Below are positions 48,679 through 62,178 of a DNA stretch of 64,000 nt, in pieces (positions within the stretch are counted from its first letter, which is position 1; each line of letters begins with the position of its first letter). Location of the stretch: the NCBI RefSeq assembly GCF_038025025.1, contig NW_027117338.1, positions 1,426,001-1,490,000 of the forward strand. The letters are read 5' to 3'. Under the pieces are notes generated by a model that was not told where the DNA came from, did not search any database, and saw only the letters and a list, made by a program, of their open reading frames with translations. The position numbers and the translations under genes are program-made. Source of the stretch: Phyllosticta citribraziliensis (lineage: Eukaryota).

Positions 48679-50036
48679 GTAGGTACCCAGGTAGTCTGCG
48701 GCGGCCAGCAGCAGCAGGGCGCAAGGGCGGGCGATGTTTGTTTCGGTTCAGTTGGATGCCATCGATAAATGGCACATTTGCGGGCGCTGGATACATGTTT
48801 CTTCTTACCCACTCTTGTGCTTGTAGAGGCGCACCGGCAAGGGCTATCATGCGGCGGCGTTGTTTGTCATTTCCACCTTTTCCATAGCGTCAATAATCCT
48901 CACTCCAAAAAGCCTGAATAGTTAAACTAATGCGTACATGTCTTAGACGCATCATGAGTCTGCTCGCATGAGACTGACTGCAGTCTCCCCCTTTTCTGGT
49001 TTCACGCGTCTCTGATGATCTCTTCGCCACACAACACCACGTCGCTCGCAGCCGGCGCCCGAGTCGATCGACGTTGATTCATCCAACCCATCCATCCACT
49101 TGGGTCTTACCTACCTCCATGTTGTCCGCCACTCTGCACCTCACCAGCGCGTCTCTCCATCAAAAGACGCCACTGCCACTGCCACCGCAAACGACTCGCA
49201 TCTTCATCTCAGTCGCTTGGTTCAAGACCCACTTCCACAGTGAGCGCGACTTGTGCATGTGAGGCATGAGAATAGAGCAGATTGACGGCAGATTGTTGTC
49301 TTCCGCGCCACAGTGCGTGCCGAGAGAAATGATACGCCTCCGGTCAGGCAGCTGGCAGCTGCTGCGGCGTGACTGGTGGTAGCGGACGACAGCTCCCCAT
49401 CTCCATCCGCAGCAGCAGCAGGGGCAGCAAACGGATGCTCCCTGGGCGCAGCCGCGGCGCCAGAATGTACCTTTCCTTTGAGCACCCACAGTGAAACCAT
49501 CCAAGGACCATGCTCAGACGTACGTACGTACGTCTTTACCTCTCTTGAAAACCGTGAGAATAAAGGCAAGTCCCGCATCTCCGGAAGAAGTACACGCTGC
49601 ACCCTTCCCCCCTCTCCCTTTTGACGCCTGGCTGTTCTCCGTTACATCATTAGACGGCAAGCCAGAAAAGCGAGAACGTGAATGCTCAACGACACGCCGA
49701 AGGAATTCTGGGCCTCGTCATTGGTGCAGCCAAAATGCGTGAAATACATATGTACCTGTGCCTACTGCCTTGCTAGCAGTGCGTGATCGAATGGCTGCAT
49801 TGCAGCCCGCTTGTGAGTTGCAGCAGCCGGATTGGTCAAGGCAAGGAAAGCAAAGACGGAATGGACGCGCAAAAGGGACGCTCTGGCTGACAGCAAAGAT
49901 CAATCCGCAAGGCCTTGGGACTGCAGCAGCAGCAAGCACGATCAGCGTCAGCCTACCTAGCAACCCCAACGCTCCCCAAAGCAAGGGACCTTCCGCACTC
50001 AAGCTCCACGGCAAAAAAGGACAGGCACCAAAAGAC

Positions 50037-50068
50037 CAAAAAAAACAAAAAAAAAAAAAAAAAAAAAC
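50037..50068. repeat. A-rich/poly-A tract, one of many simple repeats in the 48.7-56 kb intergenic region
   Basis: Directly visible. Also (GCGT)n at ~50252-50272, (GGT)n at ~52871-52888 and ~53498-53518, and (CTCTG)n at ~54010-54029. Confidence 0.9.
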
Positions 50069-53000
50069 TGACAATTGCAGCCCAACCAGGAAGCCAAATG
50101 GGAACAGGCACAGAGTAGAATAGATGAAACGACAGATAGGAGTGCGCAGGTCCGCTTGGCGCAGTAGCCCCCCGTTTAGGGCTGAGGATCTGAAAGGCTG
50201 AGAGCTGGGTAGTAGTGGGGAAATGATTGGTTGGCGGGCAGAGTGCTTGCTGCGTGCGTGCGTGCGTGCGTGCCGTCAGGGTCCAAACGGGCTGGCCAGG
50301 ATCCGGGATGGCGAGCGCCGAGAGCGAGGTTTGGAGTTTATTTGACGGGCGAGCGAATGATGGCGAGGGTGCGAGTGCGCGGTAGGGATCAGAAAGGATG
50401 GATAATGAGTGGAAAAGGCAGGACAGAGGCGGAGAGGAAAACTAGCAGTCGCAAGAGAAAAGAGTTGTTGATCAATGCGTGCGAGGTCGGCGGCGCAACG
50501 ACGAATGGAAATAGACGGATTTTCTAGAAGGGTTGGCGTTCTCCCGCTCCGCACATCACCACGTGCGGTGGTCACCGTTGATGCGGGATGGCGGTTGGGT
50601 GCGTGCATGCGTGCGTGCGCTGCCGCCGTTGGTGCCTTGGTTGAAGTGCCGCATCTGCAGCCAGCGTCCTGTGCAGCGGCGAAGCGGTGGTGGTGGGTGG
50701 GTGGCTGCCACGGCTTGACTCGTCTGTTGGCGACGACAGGCACGGATGGGGTTTGGATGGGGATGCCTGAGCAGATGGGCGTGAGCTTGAGTTGGTACCA
50801 GGCGCCGGCACGGCGGGACTTGGGAGGGGGAGGGATCAGTTGGCACAAACCACAGCTTGGACGATTCGAAGGGCGCAGGCACACGGGAGGGGAGGTGGTC
50901 AAGGAACCTCCAAGCTGCAAGGAACAAAGTGCAGCGGTAGGGCTGAAGAGAAAAAAAAAATGGAAACAGAATCGAAGGACGCTCGGACTGCCCGGATGCT
51001 CGCCCATCTCAGAGGTTGAGCTTAAGGAATCACCATGGCTGTCTTGACAAACGTCAAATTTGCCCCGATATGACGGCATTGGCCCAGCTGACGTCGGTAT
51101 CCTGCCCTGGCGCGCCTCTGCCCTGGGTCCTCCCAGCTGCATCATCCTGCGACGCCCGCTGCCGTCGTCAGCAACCAGCGCCCTGACATGAGTCTAATTT
51201 CAGGCGGTCCGGGTCGAGTGGAGGATTCTGTCGACGAGCAGCCACCATCCTACCGCTGTCCGTGTCCGACCAGCGCCCTCTTGAGTCGCCTCGCAGTCGG
51301 CGGCGTGATCCGTGGCACGAATTCATTGCTCTGTCAGTTCCAACGCGCGTACGACAGTGCAAGTGCACCGATTGGGAATTGTTCTCGGCTATAATTCTGC
51401 TATACCTCAAATAAACTCTGGAGTTGACATACCTTGCATTGAAGGCCGTATTTTTAGTACTCACAGATTTCACTGCACACTGGTCTTGAATGATTTTCCC
51501 TGTCGTGCATGTCTTCTTTCGATTGTGAGACATGGAGCCCATCTTTCGCTGAGCTATCGCTATTTTGGCTGGCTCGAGCACTGCCGTCGTCTGATAGTCA
51601 GGTGTGCATGTCGAAAACGCACATGACTGACTCGTTGACCAGCTCTGATGACATCTGGTGCTTGTGCATCAAGGATGGGGGAGCCATGACACAGAGAACT
51701 TTGGCGCTCTTCAAACTTGAGATGCGTTGCTTTGAGAAGCATGATTTGGAACATGCCATGGTGGAAAGAGTCGTTGCGCACACGATGATAAAAGGCGGAA
51801 CAGTTAGGGAGTTTGATCCGCTGCAACAGACAGCTTACAAGGAGCACGTAAGCGTCGCTAAGGGTTGGAAAGAGGGAGCATTCGGGCCCCGATTCGCAAA
51901 GCCTCAGGATTCCATGCGTCCGATTGTCGTCACCAAGTCTCGGAAAATATGCTAGCGAATGTACGGTCACGAAAGGCCTCAGACGACTGACTGATAGGGC
52001 AAGCTGGCTTGACCGAGTCACCCAATTGGCTGAGAAATTAGGTTCGCACGCACCGAGATGCTTGTCTAGTGAGTGCTTGGAGGAGAAAAGTAGCTTGTCA
52101 TGGGGGTAAAGATGGGCCAAATATAACACAGCCGCAGACGTCCGGGACCTAGAGGGGCTAGGACGTGGTTGCGGCAGGCTCTCGTCCTGGTTTCCAACGG
52201 CAAAAGCTTCGTGTTCCAGGTTATGCGCATCGGCTTCCCGCGTCAACGACGCTGGGCACATTTTGACCTTTTTCTCCCGCGTCAGCCCTACGCACAGAGG
52301 AGGTCCCTGAGATGGCGCAGGTCTCGCGCGTGCGGGAGGGACGCCTGATGGGAAGAGGGCTCGAGCTGTAGCTCTTTGGAGGACTTTTGAACTCTGGAAT
52401 CGATCAATGTGGCTTGACTGGTTGGCGCAAGGGAATCCAGGTAACGCGTGCGGACTGGGGAGAGGGCAGCGTCGCCCTACCCGCAGCGAGCACGGCAACG
52501 GCAAGGCCCCTCGCCGCCCCTTTCCAGAGAGCAGGCGGGAAGTCAACCGAGTTTTGCCAGCACACAGTCCGAAGCGAGGCCCCTTCGGTCTTTCTGGAAG
52601 CATTGAAGAAGCCGGGAGGTCCCAGTGGGTGCGTGGGTCAGGGAGTCCGTGAGTCGTCGGAGGCTGTGTCGGTGAACGAGCTGCCAGCGGTTCCGGGCTT
52701 GCCCAGACCGAGGCGGAAAAGCGCAGGCGAAATTGTGAACAGGGCTCGGCGGACGCCTCTGGGCCGATTCCCTGGCATTTGTGTCAGGACGGGAGGCCTT
52801 CCCGCCCATCGACATGTTGATGTTGACCGGTAGGAATGAGTTGGCCATGGACGCGTTGGGCAATGGCCATGGTGGTGGTGGTGGTGGTGGGCTGGGTGAA
52901 GCGGCAAGCAAACCTACAGAGTACAGGCTGCATGACCAAGCGCAAGCGAAACAGACGGTGGAGACAAGGGCCGAAGATCTGTGAACATGTCGGAACAGAT

Positions 53001-56000
53001 CTCGGGATAAATCATCTTGCAGCAGAGGTGCAGCGTGGACAGTGGAATGACTCGCAGACGAGAAGAGACGTCTTGGGTGGAGGCGGTGCCAATGTCGACA
53101 GATGGCTCGATGGAGCAGCGTTTCGTGCAGCGAGAGTGGGGGGGTCACTGGCGGAAGAGGATGCCGGAGGTATGTAGAAAGATACCTACATGGAAAGGCC
53201 AACGGGCCGAGCAAAGTGGTCGGGTGGATGACTGATGAGAGACGAGGTGGTGAAGTGGCAGCGGGGAAGGAGCATGGATATCCGGCAGGCCAATGGGAAG
53301 GCGGGAAGGAGCGACGCGGGTGGGTCTGAGAGCGAAGTGGCAGCCGGGCGCAGGGCAGGGCAGGGCAGCGGGCTGTGATTGGGCCGGAGGAGGGGGCTCT
53401 GGAGTTGCAAAGAAGGCAATTTTCCAGAAACATGAGACGTCGAGAGAGACACGGGCCTGAACGGAGCGGGCGGAAATGAAGCATCGGATCCCGTCTGTGG
53501 TGGTGGTGGTGGTGGTGGAGGGAGAGAGAGTCGAGAAGGGCAGGCTTCTGGAAGGCTGGTGGAAAACGACGGGAGGGAGAGGTGAGGGGCCCTCGCCCTC
53601 GGGCCCCTGAGCCATGACGCCGAAGGCCACGGCCACGGCCGCGGGAGAGGTGAGCCACGATCGTCGGTCGCTGAAACGCACTGGGCGACGCCGACATGGT
53701 TACCTTACGGTATGGACCTGACTGACAACGGCTGCCCTTCACCGCTGCGCCGCGCCGTGTCATCTGGGGTGCTGCAAGCGACGTCTGAGTCTCTCCTCTG
53801 CTCTGGCAGTTCTGCTCGTGCAGGACATGGAGTGAGGATCATCTGGATGCAGTGTGCGCCGAACATGTCGTCGAAGCACCATGGAAGCAGCGAAGAAGGT
53901 CACGCGGCTCGGGCATTGGGTTGGCTCTGGCGGCGGCAGACAAGAGTTTCCCGTGTAAATTAAACTCGGGCAGCCTTGACTCGCGCCCCCCGAACCAGCG
54001 AGAAGCCTGCTCTGCTCTGCTCTGCTCTGTTCTGCCTCGTTGCTTTTGGCCCCTCCCGTCCCTGGCCTTCTTGCTTTTGGCCATGCAAACCACTATACGC
54101 TGCGTCGACGCCTGCGTCTGCGTCTGCCGCCGCTGCGCTGCATCGTGCTTCCATCGAATGGCTTCGCTGCAGCCCATGTCGTATGCGGCAAGCCGTATGC
54201 CGACCTCGAGCCGAGATGAGCGTCGAAAGCGCAGGCTCATCAGTCCAAAACCCCTTAACCCGTTACGTATGCGCCGTGTTGAAGGCGTACCAGCCATGAT
54301 GTCACCCGCGCAATTGGTCCCGGAGGCGCGCCCCCAATCTTTTCACGTCTCCATCCATCGCCGCCGCAGCAGGCCATCGCAATCAGCAGAGACGAGCTGC
54401 CCTCCCCCCCCCCAAAGAGAAGAGTGCTGATAATAATAACAATAAAAAAATCCGAGACGCAGAACAGGGAACCTCCATCCTCCTGGCCTGCAGCGAAGCC
54501 GGTCCCTGCTCGCCCTAGAAGGCCGCTAGAAGTCTTCCCTTGTTGTTCCATAACGTGCATGCTGCATAATTTGACCCGTGCAAGACCATGTTCCCCTGCA
54601 TCCCAAACCTTGACTGCGCTAACCTTGCCCCCTATCGCCCACCGGCCATGCGGTGAGGCCAAAGGTGGATGCTCCCGAGCAAGCTTTGGCGCGACAGCAT
54701 CAGTGCCTCTGTGATCCCAACCGCTGGCCAGGGTATTCCAGCCCGCAGGGCTACTGCTTCTTCTCGCCGTGCAAAACGCCCATGATCTACATAACTGCTG
54801 TGACGCCCCGACCTTGCCGTGCCCTTTTATCTGGTCGCTGAAGCCCGCAAGAGCCTCCCCGTCCGTCTTGTATCCTCCCTATACATATCCTCGGCCACCC
54901 AGACCCTCTGCCTGACCAGACGATACCCTACCCAGTCCACCCCTACCACCACGAGGCCTCTCTCTCTCTCTGCTCCCCTCTCTGCCTGCCTGCAAGTCCG
55001 GTACCTGCAAATCTGCACGCATCCGCCCTGGGCTCCACGACTTGTTGACAGGGCCGCGCCTCTCGCCGCCACCAAGGCACACCCACAAACGACGCGACGG
55101 CTTCGGCACTGACAGCGGGCCTTAGACCGGACAAAGGCGCAGAGATTTCACCGCACGCGAGACGACCAGGTCGACGCTCACCATCCGTCTGTTGCCGCAG
55201 CCCGTTGTAGACGCCCTCAATTACCGTCGCAGCCTCGCGCCAGCCAGCCCGGCCAAAACTGAGGACCAATTGCGCCAGCGCCGGTGGGATTGGTGAAACT
55301 CGCGGATCCAGAGGTGTCAGGACTTTGAATCGGGATTTAGCGCGAACCCCAATCCGGTATAGCGCCGTCCAGTCAGACCCAAAACGCGAAGGAAAAGAAC
55401 CGTATTCCACGTACGTACCTACAACTTTCTCACTCTTCTCTACCTCCATCCCAACTCCTCACCACCTCGCTCCCGTCTCTGCCCGTCTCAAAGGTACGTC
55501 CTTGATACGACCATCCACTGCACTGCGAGCCCCGCGCCCCCCCTCGCCGCCTGCACCACTCGCCCGCCCGCCCGCGTCCCCTTTTCCTCCACGCTCGCCG
55601 TTGCCGCGACTGCTCTCCGTCGCCTCAATGATATCCCACCCCCTTTGCGCTCTGCTCAACTCGCTCGAGACCGCTTGCTGACGTGCGTGCTTGAGCCTCC
55701 AGTTCGCTGCCAGCTTTGACCCTCGCCTGGCCCGTCCCGTCGCAGCAACCTTCGGACGGACCACCCACCGCAAACACTCGGAGCCCACTGTCATCCCTCG
55801 GCATTGGCTCAAGGGCTCTTTTTTGTTCTTCGCTCAGTCGCTCGAGTCGGTCAACGCTTCTGCCCACCCTAGGAGCGGTCTGAGAAACCATCTCCATACT
55901 GGTGCGCACCTCTCCCGCCTCCTCGGACCTCGTCCTTCCTCAAGAGGCCCTCCCACCCGTCTGCTGCACTGCAAACGCGTGGGCCCCTTCACACTCCAAA

Positions 56001-57569
<1,569 letters not shown>

Positions 57570-58787
57570 GCTTTTGGAGCTTGACGCGGTGATTGTACGA
57601 TGGCGGCTGCGAGAAAAAGCAGCAGTGACGAGTCCCTCTGCCAGCATATGGAGCGTGTGGCTGTTAAACGGGATGACTTTGCATGGGATACGGAGCTTCA
57701 GCGGAGCAGTCTGGTGTAGCATCATGGTCTTGCACTTTTCCTTGGTTCATTTCCTCTTAGTCCAGCGCCTCGACACGGCCATTTCGCGCGTGCTCACTAC
57801 ACCGTAATAGTGGCTTCACGGTTTGCATCATGTACTATTTCCCTTTTCTTTCTGATGGGGAGTCGAGAGATACCTACAAGTTTTCTCTGGGTTCGGCTTT
57901 TGCTCCATGGGCTTTGCAGCCGGGCGTTCGTTTTAGAAATGTGGGGCCAAAGGGAGGCGTCTGAACCTTTGGAACGAGGTGGATTCAGGCTCATTGTTTC
58001 CTTGGTTGTGGATGGCGGTGGGATACGGCGGGCGCTTTTCTTTTCCTTTTCTTTTCTCTGAGGCGGGTTAAAAGAGCGAGCATAAAATTCACCTGTCGTG
58101 CCATGGAAACTTGCCATGAGCTGCAACAATGTGAGGGTGACCTAAGCAAATCAAGCACATTCGACAGGGGTCCAGTTGGCAGGCCGAGGGTCGAAGGAAG
58201 CAGGCAGCGTGCGAGAGGAGCCGTGACACGTCTTGCGCTGACGACGGCAGCAGTACGACCTACCTACAGTATGTGGTAGACTGCGTTGGATTTTTTTTTT
58301 TTTTTTTTCTGCGAAGCCACAGGTAAACCAAGGCCGGCGGCGGCGGCGACGGCGGCTGGGCACCGCAGCGCAGCGCAGCGCAGCGACTCAGCCCAAGACC
58401 TGAGGTAAAATAGCCGTGAGGTGGCCGCGCAACGGGGGGTGCTCCTCATCAGCTGCGACTCCTACCTGCTCTCTCTCCTGTCCATCAGCGAGCGACTGAC
58501 TTGAGTTGTTCGTACATTATTGTGCTGGAACCTAAACTTGATCAACCAACGGCGCTCCGGCTGCGGCACGACCGAACCCTTTTCGACGGCGCCTTGCATC
58601 ATCGCCCGACCTTCTCCCCGGCCCACCCACCTGGCCTGGCCTGGCACTTTCATCCTTCCCCTCGAACCACGCCCCAAGCCACTCCGCATCTCTCTCCCTC
58701 CTCACCCACTCCGCTCCCTCTCCCCCGAATCCACCACCGTCAACCACCCCGAATCTCCACGGCGCCTCCCGTGCCCAATCCGCCACA

Positions 58788-60732
58788 ATGTCAAAGGTGG
58801 TGCGCAGCGTCAAGAACGTCACCAAGGGCTACTCAGCCGTCGAAATCAAGGTCCGCAATGGTACGTCGCGCCCGCGCCCAACCTCTTGTCCCCTCCACGT
58901 CGCGCAAACTAATGCCATCGCAGCCACCAGCAACGACCCGTGGGGTCCTGTCGGCAGCGACATGGCCGAAATCTCCCAGTTGACCTACAACAAGTGAGCA
59001 CCGCCCGACTCCTCGACATGACGCCGCGTCAGCTGTCCGACCGTTTCGCAACGAACACTGATTCATATCCGCAGCAGTCAGGACTTTTATCAGATAATGG
59101 ACATGCTCGATAAGCGCCTCAACGACAAGGGCAAAAACTGGCGCCACGTGCTCAAGTCGCTCAAGGTGCTCGACTACTGCCTGCACGAAGGCTCCGAGCT
59201 CGTCGTCACCTGGGCGCGCAAGAACCTCTACATCATCAAGACTCTGCGCGAGTTCCAGTACATCGATGAGGACGGCCGCGATGTTGGCCAAAACAGTACG
59301 TCATGCTTTCTGCGGCGATTCCTTGATTCCGAGATTACCGCCGACTAACCGCAATTGTGCAGTCCGTGTATCCGCAAAAGAGCTCACCGCCCTGATCCAA
59401 GACGAGGAGCGCCTGCGCGCCGAACGTGCCGACCGGAAATCATGGAAATCTCGCGTCACGGGCCTGGAGGAATTCGGATACCCCCATGGACACGGTGGCG
59501 GCGATGTGACGCGGCCGCGCGAGCGCCAGCGGAAAAACCGAGACGAGGAAGATCTCGAATACAAATTGGCAATCGAAGCGAGCAAGAATGAAATGGAAGA
59601 GGAGCGAAGGAGGCGCGAGAGGGCGGCTAAGAACGCCGAGGAAGATGACGATCTCCAAAAGGCAATCAAGCTAAGCCAGGAGGAGGAGGAGCTTCGTAGA
59701 AGGGAGCTCGAAGAGACCAACGCCTCGAGTCTGTTCGATGATACTCCCGTTCAGCCTGCTGCCTCTCAGCCCACTGGATGGAATCAGGGATACCAGCAGC
59801 AGGGTGCTGTCGACTGGTTCGGCAACCCAATCGGCCAACAGCAGCCGCAAAACACTGGTTTCCTCAACGCCGCATATTCGCAACCGACTGGCGTGCAGCC
59901 ACAGCAGACTGGCTTTCAGAATGGATTTGGCTACGGCGGTTACCAGCAGCAGCAGCAGCCTCAACAGGGCTTTCTTCAGCCACAGCAGACTTCTTTCAAC
60001 ATGAACAACCCCTGGGGCCAGCAGCAAACCAATGGATTCGGAGACGCCTTTGGCCAGCAACAACAGCAGCAGCAGCAGTTGGAGCAACAAAACACACTGC
60101 AACCTGGAAGCCACAATCCGTGGTCATCTACAGGATCTCATACGACCGACTCGATCGCGCCCATGAAGACTGGCTCCAACAACCCGTTTGCCTCGGCCAT
60201 CAATAGACCGGCCACGGCGCAACCCACGAGCGTGCGCCAGGCTCCCACCCTCGGCACTCTAGCAGAGCAAAAGGCCACAAACAGTTTCAACCCAATACGC
60301 GACTTTTCGTCCTCGAGCTACACCCAAAATCAGACGCAGCCTACACCATTGTCCCAGCCAGCACAGCCACCCGCCAAGCCAATGGATGATCACACTGCTC
60401 GCCTCAATGCGCTTTTGGCTTCTGGCGAAGGTCAAGACACGTTCGGAAACGTCGGCGAATTACGTATTCCTGCGCAGCACACAGCCCCAGGCACTTTCGT
60501 CAACTCGGCTGGTCAGGGAATGAGCAAGCTCACGACCAACCCTACTGGCAGCAATCCATTCATGAACAGCCAATTCACCGGCATGCCGCAACAGACGGGC
60601 TTCACCACGCAGAACCGGATGATGCCGGCGCAGACCGGGCCGGCCGGTGGTTTCGGCGGTGGCAACCCATTCGGACAAAGCTTTGGGGCGCAGCAACAAC
60701 AGCAACAGCAGGGTAGCTTGATTGACTTGTGA
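58788..60732 (+). CDS. ENT1: Epsin, Ent1/Ent2 type (~577 aa)
   Basis: ENTH start MSKVVRSVKNVTKGYS, ATSNDPWGP, KNWRHVLKSL. Two UIMs (LAIEASK, AIKLSQEE), NPF motifs and the C-terminal clathrin box SLIDL. Introns 58861-58923, 58994-59074, 59296-59362. Confidence 0.96.
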
Positions 60733-61708
60733 GAAGAGAGAGCGACCGTGATGCTGTAGATTAGGTCCATATTGTGGCCACATCTTGTGGCTCAACGATG
60801 GTGGATTATGGCATGATGCCACCGCCAATCTTTCGGTTTGGTGCTGCGGTTCCTGCCCATAGCATGCGCCCAAGTCGGACAGGCGGGGTGCCGCTTGGGG
60901 AGAGCTTGAAGGTTTGGGACTCTCGTCGGGAGGTTGTAGAAGTTTTCATTCCTGCTGGAAAAAGGGGAAAAGTTGCAGACATGGGATGGGATTGGGGGAG
61001 AAGCAATTACTCCTCTTCTTCCGAATGCCCCGTCCTCTTTCTCTTTCGTTTCGTTCCTTTGTCTTCTTCTCTCTGTTGTCATTGAATGTTATACCAAATC
61101 GATCATAGGCTTCTTTAGGTTTTCTTCTTTTTTTACAAGGGTTATACCATCTCCTTCCACTTCTTCTGCAGTCACCCTGTTCTGCCTAGTGTTGTTTGAT
61201 GCACCGCTTGCGCGTCAACCTTGCTTGTTGTTTTGAATTCTACTTTTGCTAGGTTTACGTCTTTCATGATTCCGTGTTTCGTCAGTCGGCCTGTTGGGGT
61301 ATGGCATTGCCTCTTCAGTCTCTTTTCCCCGTCATCTCGGCCTGCTTTCAGCCTTTCCCCGCCCATCCACCAACCAACCATCCACCTGCCTATGTGTCTA
61401 TCCCATCATACAGTCACACATGTAGCCATACCCTCCTCTTCCTTTTCTTCATCCTCTCATCGGATTCCGGAAAAAAAATCAAAAGACCGTTTCTTGCGCT
61501 GGCTGCTCGAACATCTTGCTTGCTTGCTTGCTTTCAATCCCCGTCACCAGAGAAACACGCTCATACACATGCATTCGCAAAATCCAAATCATTGCTTCCT
61601 GTTTACCTGCCCCCCGCAATCTTTCACCACTGCCGACGGACGAAGGGTCAGACAGACGATAGACAAGCGGATGGAGCTGGCTCTCACCTCTGGTCTTGTC
61701 TTGTCTTT

Positions 61709-61759
61709 CCCGAGGCGCAACTGTGGCGGTGAATGAATGCTCCCTAGACGCAGCCGCAG
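61709..61759 (+). repeat. 33-bp dispersed repeat family, 1 full unit plus partial flanks
   Basis: cccgaggcgc / aactgtggcggtgaatgaatgctccctagacgc / agccgcag. Confidence 0.85.
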
Positions 61760-62178
61760 AAGGCCATGGCACTTTGCAGCTGCAAAAGCGCCGAACCAGC
61801 GATGATGGAAACGGGTAGGACCTACAATGGAAGGGAGGAGGCTGCGAGCTTCTTTTGCTGTGTGCGGGAGTCGCGAGCGGGCGAACGTGCGTGCTTGCTT
61901 CTTGCGGAGCCGCACGGTGCTGGATTGACTGGTTACCGGTCGCGGTCGTCCGTACGTACGTACGTACATATTCTCATCACCATCCAAACATCCATTCCGC
62001 CCGCGTACTGACCCCGTCCGCGTCATCCGCCAGGCGTTCCCATTCTTATTCCGTGCAACCTTTCTTTGGACAGTCGGGTATCCTGCCGACGGTGCTGGCG
62101 CATTTGAGAGGAGGTGAGAGAAGCCCTTCTTGCTTCTGCCATGTTGATACGGATCTGACCTATCGAATGCACTTAGCC

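Noticed and set aside
52543..53763. 406-aa minus-strand ORF, and the 289-347-aa ORFs at 50276-52603
   Set aside because: Low-complexity R/P/S-rich translations running through microsatellites, with no motifs. Typical of GC-rich non-coding DNA.
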